The notes under the pieces are model-generated. The model saw nothing but the letters and a program-made list of their open reading frames with translations. It was not told where the DNA came from and made no database searches. Both the position numbers and the translations under genes were made by a program. This document shows, piece after piece, positions 1 through 11,980 of a DNA stretch of 64,000 bases. The stretch is from Amphiscolops sp. MND2022 (Eukaryota), in NCBI GenBank assembly GCA_964187785.1, contig OZ076412.1:12152001-12216000 (forward strand), written 5' to 3'. How positions within the stretch are numbered: the first letter of the stretch is position 1; every line of letters begins with the position of its first letter.

Positions 1-112
1 TGTGAAAAAGAATTGTTGAAAATTGTATCAGCTGGGAACGAACAGGCATTGTCGCATCGCAAACGTTGGTGAAAAACGGATCCAATGGAAGTTTAATCCT
101 CCCAGTGGCCTT
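1..112 (+). pseudogene. Degenerate BEL/Pao integrase fragment
   Basis: Frameshifted EKELLKIV...LVKNG/IQWKFNPPSG resembles the Pao integrase segment GIxWKFNPPxAP. Confidence 0.45.
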
Positions 113-895
113 GCTTTATAGGGATCAAATTTCCGAATTCGAACGGAATGAGGTCGACTTCTTCGGTCGAAGTACACAGGACGAACGAACTGAGATCAAA
201 TTTGGTAGAACACGTCGGGTCGAAATTTGTTGTCCCATTTCTCGAATCGAAACAGAATTAGATGCGAGCAGAAATAAGAATATAAAGGCAAGAAATCGAT
301 CCGAGACGGTCGCTTTATTCCGGAAATTTTCGCAATTCGACACGTTTCAATCTATCTAGTTCCGGACTTTTCACTGGTCGACCCGAGGACGTCCCCTTGT
401 TTTCGACCTGAGGGATTCGATCCGTATCCGCGCACCCCTCCTAGTGCTCCCTAACACGGATGTTTTAAGTCTTCTACGCGATGCTTAGGAACCGCCGTGT
501 AACCGATGAGTTTCAGGCGACAAAGTTTTGTTTAGTCGAGCAGAGTTTTAACTCCGGTCCACTTGAACCTGTAATTTCAGACGCCAAAAATTTGGTTGCT
601 CCGACCCCTAACCACTTTCTATTGGAAACCGAGGGTTCCACAATGAGCCTATATTGATCACCGTAAGCGTTACGTCCGAGCTCAAACTAATTCCGATGCT
701 ATTTTGGAAACCTTGGTTAAGAGAGGCTCACGGCAATAAAATCGAATTTTGACACGTCGAATGAATAATGTAGATGAATAACGTCGAATGAATAGCGTAG
801 AATTTAGTCGAACATATTTGAGTCGAATTCTTGTCGAATTTGGTCGAATTAAATTTTAGGTTCAAAAAATATTTTAGATACTCTTCCCCATCTAA

Positions 896-1185
896 TATGG
901 GGTCGTATACTGTGTATGCACGCTCATCCTCACCATCGCAAAGACCAGCTCCCACTACGATCGCTTCGCGATCTCCGTTCCCGCTAGGTCTTCGCTCCTG
1001 TTCGACCACGCTTAGCAAGATGGGAACATGAGCGGCCCCAAGGGGCCGCTCATGTCCTCACCTTGCTAAGCGTGGTCGAACAGGAGCGAAGACCTAGCGG
1101 GAACGAAGATCGCGAAGCGATCGTAGTGGGAGCTGGTCTTTGCGACAGTGAGGGCGAGCGTGCATACACCGCATATGCCCCACAT
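896..1185. repeat. Long palindrome: two head-to-head copies of a repeat terminus (about 144-bp arms, 2-nt loop at 1040-1041)
   Basis: CATGAGCGGCCCC-AA-GGGGCCGCTCATG at the centre, with arms complementary apart from scattered mismatches; third copy at about 1843-2000. Confidence 0.9.
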
Positions 1186-2016
1186 TATGATATTTCCGGG
1201 AGTTGAGATATTTATTCCTTGAGTTGGCCTAATTTTGTGGTCACTTGGCTTAAAATTTTTAAGCCAAATGACTCGACGAAAAATTTAAGCCAAATGGTAT
1301 TAAGCCAAGTGACTGGTAACCTTAAATAAAACCTTCAATAAGTTAATTGAATAAACCCTTCAATGTACCGCATTTGTTTTATTATATTTAACGAAAGATA
1401 TTCAGCATCTAATCAATATATATGTAGCAATTGCATTCGTGAAAAGACTTTTTGCATGAAACACAATGAAAATATTTTTCGAATACTATTGTTTCGCTAT
1501 CTCGAAATCGTATTTAATTTTGTTCATGTCAGTTTATTCACTTCAGTTTGTCAATTCGTTCCACGTTTTCACCTTGATTTTGGTTGGATAACCGGGATTG
1601 AGTTGAACCCACTTTTACGTTGCTACTGTTCTTTGCAAATTCAGAACTTTTCAATCTTTCCACAAAATCAGCATAATCATTTGAGTAGTATTCATTCGGG
1701 TAGGGATAATTTGGCTAGTTTTCGACTCGTTTGGTTAGATTTTTCCTACCCAAATGATTATGCCCAACTCGGATCGATAGTTAAACATGTCATATCAAGC
1801 ACCCCTCGGATATGTCCCCATTTCGTCTAGTGCCCCATGGCTCCTTGGGGCCGCTTATGTTCCCATCTTGCGAAGCGAGATCGAACAGGAGCAAAGAACT
1901 AGCGGGAACGGAGATCGCGAAGCGATCGTAGTTGGAGCTGGTCTTTGCGACGGTGAGGTCGAGTGTGCATACACTGCGCATGCCCCACATTATGATATTT
2001 CGTGGATTGGAGACCG

Positions 2017-2080
2017 CCATTTTGAAATCAGAAATTGGCCATTTTGAAATCAGAAATTGGCCATTTTGAAATCAGAAATT
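2017..2080 (+). repeat. Tandem repeat, 3 x 22 bp (CCATTTTGAAATCAGAAATTGG)
   Basis: Direct reading. Confidence 0.95.
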
Positions 2081-2544
2081 CGTCGCAGACCACGGGTGTG
2101 TATCTTCTCCCCCAACATGATGATACACATGGCACTTGATTGATGATGAAGATCCATGATATCTGATAGAGAAAAAAAATCAGAAATACAACTTTTCGTT
2201 TTCCGTTAAATCTCGATTTTCCAATAAAATTGGTCTCAGGCGTTTTTTTTCAAGTTTAGAAGGGCAGCTCATTTGGTGAGGAAAAAACTACCCAAATGAT
2301 CTCATCCCAAAAACCTACCACCCAAATGATTCCTACCGAAGATGAGGTGGGACCGTTTTATCTATAATCCTTTCACTAGCTTCTATGAAGTAGCGACTAT
2401 ATAACATCAGCTTAGCGTGTTTCAAATGGCACGAACGCCTTTGATCTAATTTTTCAGGTCTGAAAGAATTAGATCTGGATTTTAGACCTAAATTTCAGTT
2501 CTAATTCGATCTGAAGGACTTAGTTCTAATATTTGTTTAATGAC

Positions 2545-2637
2545 TCGGTCGCTTCGCTCCCTTCGCCAAGTAGCAACACTGAGGCATGGTGATATGGCAC
2601 GTCGATTCGCTCCTGCTTTTAGGGCATTGGGGGTATC
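2545..2637 (+). repeat. Dispersed repeat (TCGGTCGCTTCGCTCCCTTCGCCAAGTAGCAAC...), second copy at 62442-62532
   Basis: Two about 90-bp similar copies 60 kb apart; class unknown. Confidence 0.8.
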
Positions 2638-3369
2638 TTTGTATTCTAATTTATAGGCCTTTACATTTGACTTAATGGATTTGGTCTCTTCGTTCAGTTT
2701 TTTTGAGCTAAATGGTGACTAGATTTACTAAATGGAATAACAAGTAACTCGAATAGTCAAGTTACTAAAATAGTGGATGGAGATCGTGGGCATTTGGTAG
2801 ATTTCGGTGAAAAACTAACACGTTATGATTTTCCTCCCCCATTATATGTGGGCGGAAAATGATAACGACGATACGTCATCTGAGAGTGATGGAGGAAAAC
2901 TTGACTTGCGTCATTGCCGCCATATCAAAACTATCTGATGTGAACTGCAATCGGATAACGTTGGAGGAACTCCAATGCTTTACTGAAGTCAAACTTTGGG
3001 GAAGAGGAGACTGAGCCCGGAACCAAAGAAAAGCCAGAAAAAAACAACTGGACCAAACGCTGGTAATACCCTATTTTGAAGATCGGAACTTTGCTTACCG
3101 TCTGTCGAGAATGAAAGAAAACTATTCACCAAACCTTTTTGTTGACATAATAAATGTGGATACCCAAAAATCAATTAGCGAAAACGACTGAAAAATAGCA
3201 GAGGACTGAAAATGTGGTATTTTTACTCAGATAATGATAAATGATGGATATCTGATGATATATGATATTACTTTTGATATATGACGGACTGGAAGAAATT
3301 CAAAAATTGTCCATTTGTTGCTAATTCAGGTTCCTAACCGTGGTCTTTCCTTTACGAATCTGCTGATGC

Positions 3370-6183
3370 GTGTGTGTCTGTGGAATTAGTTAGCGCCCAA
3401 AAGTGTTCTTTTGGCAAGCGCTACCGACAAGGCGGGTTCTTCAGACAGGAGTTCTAGGCGGGGTTCTGTTGTGCCGAAAAAATCTTGGCGGCACGCTGCT
3501 GTAGATTGGCAATTCATCCAGTGCTCCAAAATTGTGTTCTTCATGGCACTTGGGGCGGTTGGGATCTACGTTTTCGTTCATGAGGTGGGAATAGGTTTTC
3601 AAATGGTGGTAGTGTCCTGCTCTTAGTTGTGCTAGCAAGGTAGCGTCTTTTCGATGACTTATTTGTTCTTCATCTCTTTTTTCCGAGTACCCAGCTTAGG
3701 TCCCTTTAGTTCGGTGGTGGGACGGCGCGGGATCCCTGAAGGACGGTTGATACATGCTAGGGCGGCTTTCAGGTTGATACTTTCGGGTTGTTCTGTTGTG
3801 AGTTTAGAACCATTTTTTGCTTCTTCGTCTGCAATTTCATTTTCCTTCAGTTCAGAATTTCCTGGTACCCACTGGACCCAGATCGATTTTCGGCTCCAGT
3901 TTTTCGGTGTATCGGGTTTGTGATTTCAGTGCTGTACAGAGGCATTGGCTGTCTGTGCAGATGAATGTTTCTTTATCGTGGGGATGGTGTTTTTCAAGGA
4001 TTTCTAGGAACGACTGGAGGGCTGCCTTTTCTTCGTCGTAGGATGAAGTGAATCCTGCCTCGTTTTCTGATTATTTTGATAACTTCTGGGGTGGAGGCGC
4101 TACCCCTGGAGAAAATGGCTGCGTACCCTCCGTCTGTTATACCGGCAGTGGCTGGTCCGTCTGTGTAGATAGTCAATTAGCAATTGAAAGAGTCAAGGTA
4201 CTATATAACTTCGTTTGAAGTTACGCTCTTGTTTCTCCGTTAACTGTGGCGTTGACGTGCTAATTGTTGGAGCTCAGCCATGGCGCGAGGTTAGCTTGCA
4301 TTGATTGGTCTTGGATTCAGTATGGCAATTGGGGGGTTTTGTTGAGTTCCTCTGATTGCCTTCGCCAACTGCTTCTTTTAAGTCTGTTGGGTGCTGGCTT
4401 GTACAAAATTTTAATGCGAGGATGATCGGGTGAGTTTCTTGATGTTTTTTGATATGATGAAGCTCTGAGTGTGGTAGCTACTTATGCCGCTTTCTATCTG
4501 CAGTGCATCGATTGCAGTGGAGCTGCGTAATCGAGGACGCTTCTCTGGGTGGCGATGTATATTTTCCGGAGTCTTTTTTTGCCAGCCCCAGTCACGGGTT
4601 GCTACAGCTGTATTAAGTTCGTGCGTTTGGACAAATTTTGAGAGACTTCCTCGGCGTGGGGTGCGGAAGTGAGACCACTATCCATTTCAACACCTAGGAA
4701 CTTTGGAGTAGGGTTGAAGGGCATGGCCTCATCATTCAGTCTCAGTATTTGTTTCCATCTGGCTTCAATGGTCCAGAAGGCAAAGAAGGTGACTTCGCAT
4801 TTTGTTTGGTTTAGGTTGAGCTTGATTTTTCTGCTCCATTCAGCCACGTGATCGTTGGCTTTCTGGACTCTTTCTACGGCTTTTCTTCATTGTTGTCACA
4901 TGACCAAACTGGTCTCCTACGAAAAGGGCGTGTTCTATGGGTAGGTTTTTTGTTACTTCGTCAATGAAAAGGTGGAACAATATGGGCGCTAGCACAGATC
5001 CTTGGGGAACGCCTTGTTTTATTTTCCGACTCCTGCTCATTGCTGAGCCATATAACATATTACTTGGCGGTTATTCAGGAAAGCGGTATTTCATCTGATG
5101 CATTTCGCTGGGATTCTTTTCTGATAGTATGATCAACAGTCTTTCTTACCATACTCTATCAAAGGCTTTCGATAATCGAAGAGAGCCATGGCTGTTCTCT
5201 TTAGCGTTTTCTCTTGAAAACTGTCGTCAATGGCTTGGACCAGACGTTATCAGGTCTTCACAGCATGGGTTTTTCCTACCTCCGCACTGGGCATTGCTCA
5301 AGAGTCTATTTATTTCAACGATGTGGATGAGTCTGGTGGCGGTCATTCTATCATTGTTTGACTAAGCATGAAGTTAGGCTGACATGTCTGTATGAGGATA
5401 TTTCAGATGAGGATTTGCCCGTTTTAGCAGGGGAATGATTGTGGATTCTTTTATTCTTGGGGGCATACTCCTTGATGCCAGGAAAGGTTGAACAGCGCTA
5501 ACATTTCTCTTGCTTTCGGTCCGAAGGCTTTAATGAACGCGGGTGTTATTTAATCGGGACCAGCTGCTCCATTTTTTCTCATGCTTCTGATTGCTTTGTT
5601 GAGTTAGCCGACTGTGAAGCTTTGTGTGCTGCTGTTATCAACAGATGGCGCGTTCACAATCTTTTTTGAAAGTCTGTTTTTGTTACGCTCTTAGCATGGC
5701 CTCGTTTGGTTGGGAAGGTGGTGTTGTGTTTCCGAGGAAATGAAAGACACGCCAAAGCTTGCTGGGGTCAGTGCTGAACTGTTTCTTCAATGAAAGATCT
5801 CTAGCTGCGTTGTCTTTCCGTCTCAATTTCTTGATGTACTTTTTGGCATAATTCTATCCATTCTTTGCAGTGCGTGCGTACCATCCTTCTAAGCTTGTTT
5901 CGTTGTTTGATTAGACTTTTCATAGCCGGAGTTAAGTGGCTCTTTGTTTTCTTGGCCCTGGTTGTTCGGGGACCGTTTGTTTCGCTGCGCTGATGACCGC
6001 TTCTTGAAAATTCGTAATTCTCTTGATGGTGCTGTTTTCTGTACTTTCTACCTTCTCCTCTGATAGCTCACTAAAGGCAGATAGGTTAGCGTTTTTCTTC
6101 CATCGCGGTGATCTCTGAAGAAGCTTCATTGTTTTGCATTTACAGAGGAGTGTGGTTGTTGACGGCAAGTGGTCTGAGCCTCC
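3370..6183 (-). mobile_element. Degraded I/Ingi-group non-LTR retrotransposon (end of APE endonuclease, RT, RNase H, C-terminal Cys/His region)
   Basis: GGSDHLP (APE end), GVPQGSVLAPILF, PKFLGVEMDSGL, IYTDG (RNase H) and QLRAGHYHHL...PKCHEE motifs across frameshifted ORFs; 3' end AACTAATTCCACAGACACACAC. Confidence 0.88.
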
Positions 6184-6440
6184 TGTTGAAGCTACAAAAA
6201 TACGTTTCCAATTTTAAACAATGATGATTTCGAGCATGTTAATCATATTTCATATACACGTCAGCTTTCAAATTGAATCATGATTAGTTCTCTTGTTTAT
6301 GCTATTACTGACTTTTTTGTTGTTGATTAAATCAATTCAGCTGCTTCTGAATAGAAAACATTTCAGTTCTAAAAAAGATGGTTTTGATAATAATCTCTTA
6401 CTCTCCCACAATAAAATCAAGCTATCAAAGATAAGCAACA
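6184..6440 (+). repeat. 5' LTR of BEL/Pao element (257 bp)
   Basis: TGTTGAAGCT...AAGCAACA, contains AATAAA, followed by TTTGGTACCTGTCGACCCGGG (PBS-like). Confidence 0.95.
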
Positions 6441-6648
6441 TTTGGTACCTGTCGACCCGGGAAAAATCAGTTATTACTCACTTTTTTGTTGTTGATTAAA
6501 TCATTTCAGCTGCTTCTGAATAGAAAACATTTCAGTTCTAAAAAAGATTGTTTTGATAATAATCTCTTACTCTCCCACAATAAAATCAAGCTATCAACGA
6601 TAAGCAACATTTGGTACCTATCGACCCGGGAAAAATCAGCGGAGCAGC

Positions 6649-8144
6649 ATGTCGTCAACCTACGAGAGGAAGACGCTTGAACAGTTGAAACGTTCCCGCT
6701 CAGCAATTCTTGGTGTGACCACCAAATTAGAAACCAAGCTTAGACCCTATTTGGATAAAGCTAAAGAAGATATTACGGCTGATGACCTCAGCTATCTTCG
6801 TACAAGTGAAAGACAATTGGAAACAAGATTCGAAGATGCAGGCGCTCTAAATTCTGCAGCATTAGAACGTACTCCAGATACAGATTCAGATCTGGAAAAG
6901 GAAATTGAAGACGCTGAAGATTTCGAGAACAAAATCGGAACATAACTTGAACGAATTAGCAGTTTTTTGGAACAATTTGAAGTTTCTGATTCTGCTGTGA
7001 CAGCTGCAATCAATGCATCACCTACATCCAGCTCTTCTACAACAGGAAATTTGAAAATGCCCAAATTTGATCTTCCGAAATTCAAAGGTCACTACAAAGA
7101 CTGGACTCCATTTTACGAACAGTTCATGGCTTCAGTGGATAGCAGCACAACAATTGTAGATATTCAGAAGTTCAACTATCTCAAAGCAGCTCTCAGTTGT
7201 GAAGCTCTACAATTAGTTTCGCACTTGCCATTATCCAACTCCAATTACATAATTGCTTTGAAATCCTCGATGGACCGTTACGATAACGAGCGACTGACAG
7301 TCAATTCCCATTTAGACGCAATACTTCAGTTGCAGCCTTTGAGTGGTGAGTCAGCTTCACAACTTCGACAACTTCTCGTAAGTTTTGAAGAAAATTTAAT
7401 GGCAATTGAAGCGCTTGAAGTAAACACGAAAAATAGTGACTTCATTTGGGTACGAATTTTATCCGAGAAGCTAGATCAGGAATCTAGACGCCAGTGGGAA
7501 CTAGATTATCCTGGGAAAAAGTTGCAAACACTTCAGCAATTGGAAGATTTCATAAACAAACGTGTTCAAGCTTTAAAGGCTTCGAGTTCAGTTACAACCA
7601 CTCGTAAAGTTAATAAATCTACCAATTACAACAAATTCGGAAGAAATCAAAAGATTGAATCGAAGATTTCCCAAAACTACAAGACTACATCTGAAAGATG
7701 TCATTGCTGTTCAGAAAACCACAAAATCTTTGCTTGTAAGAAGTTCGCTTCACTCAACATTAAAGACAGAAAAATCTAATTTATTCGTCCAAACTATGTT
7801 TCAATTGTTTATGCCGTGGGCACTTAACGAAAGACTGCAAATCGAAGATTTCCCAAAACTACAAGACTACATCTGAAAGATGTCATTGCTGTTCAGAAAA
7901 CCACAAAATCTTTGCTTGTAAGAAGTTCGCTTCACTCAACATTAAAGACAGAAAAAATCTAATTTATTCGTCCAAACTATGTTTCAAATGTTTATGCCGT
8001 GGGCACTTAACGAAAGACTGCAAATCGAAACATACTTGCAAAAAGTGTCAAGGTAAACATAACTCAATACTTCACACAGATTCATCTCAAATTGGGGAAG
8101 TTTCAGGATCAGTTATAGTGAACCAAGCACTTACCTTTTCGGTT
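6649..8144 (+). pseudogene. First (duplicated) BEL/Pao gag copy, disrupted
   Basis: Same protein as 8937-10040, with a premature TAA near 6943, a frameshift near 7780, an internal 182-bp duplication, and truncation at the duplication junction. Confidence 0.9.
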
Positions 8145-8640
8145 TCTTAGCATGGCCTCGTTTGGTTGGGAAGGTTGTGTTGTGTTTCCGAGGAAATGAA
8201 AGACACGCCAAAGCTTGCTGGGGTCAGTGCTGAACTGTTTCTTCAATGAAAGATCTCTAGCTGCGTTGTCTTTCCGTCTCAATTTCTTGACGTACTTTTT
8301 GGCATAATTCTATCCATTCTTTGCAGTGCGTGCGTACCATCCTTCTAAGCTTGTTTTGTTGTTTGATTAGACTTTTCATAGCCGGAGTTAAGTGGCTCTT
8401 TGTTTTCTTGGCCCTGGTTGTTCGGGGGACCGTTTGTTTCGCTGCGCTGATGACCGCTTCTTGAAAATTCGTAATTCTCTTGATGGTGCTGTTTTCTGTA
8501 CTTTCTACCTTCTCCTCTGATAGCTCGCTAAAGGCAGATAGGTTAGCGTTTTTCTTCCATCGCGGTAATCTCTGAAGAAGCTTCATTGTTTTGCATTTAC
8601 AGAGGAGTGTGGTTGTTAACTGCAAGTGGTCTGAGCCTCC
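8145..8640 (-). repeat. Duplicated fragment of the I/Ingi-group LINE (copy of 5689-6183)
   Basis: Near-identical sequence; ORF 8257-8625 parallels ORF 5932-6168. Confidence 0.92.
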
Positions 8641-8897
8641 TGTTGAAGCTACAAAAATACGTTTCCAATATTAAACAATGATGATTTCGAGCATGTTAAT
8701 CATATTTCATATACACGTCAGCTTTCAAATTGAATCATGATTAGTTCACATGTTTATGCTATTACTCACTTTTTTGTTGTTGATTAAATCAATTCAGCTG
8801 CTTCTGAATAGAAAACATTTCAGTTCTAAAAAAGATTGTTTTGATAATAATCTCTTACTCTCCCACAATAAAATCAAGCTATCAACGATAAGCAACA
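8641..8897 (+). repeat. Second (duplicated) 5' LTR
   Basis: Near-identical to 6184-6440, preceded by the same LINE flank (...GAGCCTCC) and followed by PBS and gag. Confidence 0.95.
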
Positions 8898-8936
8898 TTT
8901 GGTACCTATCGACCCGGGAAAAATCAGCGGAGCAGC

Positions 8937-10223
8937 ATGTCGTCAACCTACGAGAGGAAGACGCTTGAACAGTTGAAACGTTCCCGCTCAGCAATTCTTG
9001 GTGTGACCACCAAATTAGAAACCAAGCTTAGACCCTATTTGGATAAATCTAAAGAAGATATTACGGCTGATGACCTCAGCTATCTTCGTACAAGTGAAAG
9101 ACAATTGGAAACAAGATTCGAAGATGCAGGCGCTCTAAATTCTGCAGCATTAGAACGTACTCCAGATACAGATTCAGATCTGGAAAAGGAAATTGAAGAC
9201 GCTGAAGATTTCGAGAACAAAATCGGAACACAACTTGAACGAATTAGCAGCTTTTTGGAACAATTTGAAGTTTCTGATTCTGCTGTGACAGCTGCAATCA
9301 ATGCATCACTTACATCCAGCTCTTCTACAACAGGAAATTTGAAAATGCCCAAATTTGATCTTCCGAAATTCAAAGGTCACTACAAAGACTGGACTCCATT
9401 TTACGAACAGTTCATGGCTTCAGTGGATAGCAGCACAACAATTGCAGATATTCAGAAGTTCAACTATCTCAAAGCAGCTCTCAGTTGTGAAGCTCTACAA
9501 TTAGTTTCGCACTTGCCATTATCCAACTCCAATTACATAATTGCTTTGAAATCCTCGATGGACCGTTACGATAACGAGCGACTGACAGTCAATTCCCATT
9601 TAGACGCAATACTTCAGTTGCAGCCTTTGAGTGGTGAGTCAGCTTCACAACTTCGACAACTTCTCGTAAGTTTTGAAGAAAATTTAATAGCAATTGAAGC
9701 GCTTGAAGTAAACACGAAAAATAGTGACTTCATTTGGGTACGAATTTTATCCGAGAAGCTAGATCAGGAATCTAGACGCCAGTGGGAACTAGATTATCTT
9801 GGGAAAAAGTTGCAAACACTTCAGCAATTGGAAGATTTCATAAACAAACGTGTTCAAGCTTTAGAGGCTTCGAGTTCAGTTACAACCACTCGTAAAGTTA
9901 ATAACTCTACCAATTACAACAAATTCCGAAGAAATCAAAAGATTGAATCGAAGATTTCTCAAAACTACAAGACTACATCTGAAAGATGTCATTGCTGTTC
10001 AGAAAACCACAAAATCTTTGCTTGTAAGAAGTTCGCTTGACTCAACATTAAAAACAGAAAAAATCTAGTTTATTCGTCCAAACTATGTTTCAATTGTTTA
10101 TGCCGTGGGCACTTAACGAAAGACTGCAAATCGAAACATACTTGCAAAAAGTGTCAAGGTAAACATAACTCAAAACTTCACACAGATTCATCTCAAATTG
10201 GGGAAGTTTCAGGATCAGTTATA
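8937..10223 (+). pseudogene. BEL/Pao gag (DUF1759-like region plus three Cys/His knuckles) with in-frame TGA at 10038-10040
   Basis: LPKFKGHYKDWTPFYEQF...QKFNYLKAAL motif; CHCCSENHKIFAC, CFNCLCRGHLTKDC and CKKCQGKHNSKLH knuckles. The frame runs on into pol after the stop; the other copy has TCA at this codon. Confidence 0.92.
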
Positions 10224-11966
10224 GTGAACCAAGCACTTACCTTTTCGGCTTCTGGCATCATACCAACAGCTTTGGTACCAATTGAGGATGATTCCTCCAA
10301 TATAACGAATTGCCGAGCTTTGATTGACAGTGGCTCCCAGCTCAGTTTAATTTCTGAATCAGCAGTGCAACGAATGCATTTAAAACGACAGAAACGATCA
10401 CATACAGTTAACGGTATTGGGATTGTTTCTAAAACCTATAACTCGGGAAGTGTGAGTTTGTGTCTCAAACCAAAGAATGGAATGAATGTCATAAAAGTCC
10501 ACGCATTAATTCTTCCTAGCCTTACACAACTCCTACCAAATTGCTCATTTGACGTTGAATCACAGTTTCATATGCGAACTGTTGAATTAACGGATCCTTC
10601 TTTTAATGACTCCAGTGCAATAGAATTAATCTTGGGATCAGATGTAGCAGAAGAAATCATTTTGGACGGAAAATTCACGGAAACCAATGGATTGCATTTC
10701 CGTAACACAGTTTTCAGTTGGATTGTTTCAGGAAAGCAACCAAATCAAAGTTGCACAATTGCAAATACTTCACTCTGTATCAATGACATATTTGATCCGA
10801 AAAAGTTTTGGGAAATGGAAGGAGTACCAATCGCCAATAAGAATAGTGCTGAGGAAATTGCTTGTGAAAAACATTACCAAGAAACTACCATTGTGCAAAA
10901 CAACAGATTTGTTGTCGAAATGCCGTTCAAATCTGATGCTACACCTTTAGGTGATACTTTCGTCCAGGCTAAAAGAAGATTTTTTTATTTGGAGAAGCGT
11001 CTTGAAGCTAATCCTGCTTTGAAGAAAAGTTATTCAGATTTCATTCATGAGTTCCAAGACTTGAATCATCTTGAAGCAGTACCTAACGAGGAACTCGTCA
11101 AAAAAGACTCTAAAATGAACTTCTTACCTCATCATTGCGTACACAAAGAAGATTCCACCACGACTAAACATCGAGTTGTATTCGATGGATCAGCGAAATC
11201 GAGTACTGGTGTTTCACTGAATGGATCTCTAATGGTAGGACCAACAGTCCAAGAAGATTTGTTTTCCATTTTCATCAGATTTCGTTTCCATAAAGTTGGG
11301 CTCTCAGCAGACATTGCTAAAATGTTTCGACAAATTGCTCTGGAATCAGTTGCAAAAGATTTTCACCGCATCCTTTGGCGAGATTCAATCACAGATTCAA
11401 TACAGCAGTTTCGAATGACTAGAGTGACGTATGGAATAGCATCATCAGCTTTTCACTCCACGCGGTCAGTAGAAGAAGTTGGTAATCGCTGTATTGATGA
11501 CTTGCTTGCAAAAACTATCAAACACGATTTCTACGTTGATGACTACCTTTCTGGTGCCAATTCTGTCGAAGAAGCGCAAATCAAAGTTACAAAAATTTAT
11601 GAAAAACTCAAAGAGTATGGATTTGAACTTCGCAAATCGTCTAGTCATCGTCAAATCACCTCTTCATTGCCTGAAAATTTGCGAGAAAATCCAGACAAAG
11701 AGAAATTCATGGACGAAAACTACAAAATCAAGACCTTGGGTGTGTCTTGGAAACCTAATTCTGATTCTTTTTATTTCTACTCGAGTGTTTGTTCGAATGA
11801 CAAAATCACAAAGCGTAAATTACTCTCAGAAACAGCCAAGCTCTTGGATCCAGTTGGTTGGCTAGCACCAGTAGTAATCAAATTCAAAGTAATTATGCGG
11901 AACTTTGGATTCAAGGAGTGGGATGGGATGATGTACTTCCAACAGAGCTTCAAAACGAGTGGATAG
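10224..11966 (+). pseudogene. BEL/Pao pol part 1: aspartic protease and reverse transcriptase
   Basis: RALIDSGSQLS protease motif; LPHHCVHK, RVVFDGSAK, SLNGSLMVGP, ADIAKMFRQI, VTYGIASSAF and FYVDDYL Pao-type RT motifs; frameshift near the 3' end. Confidence 0.95.
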
Positions 11967-11980
11967 AAATCTAGTCCGAT

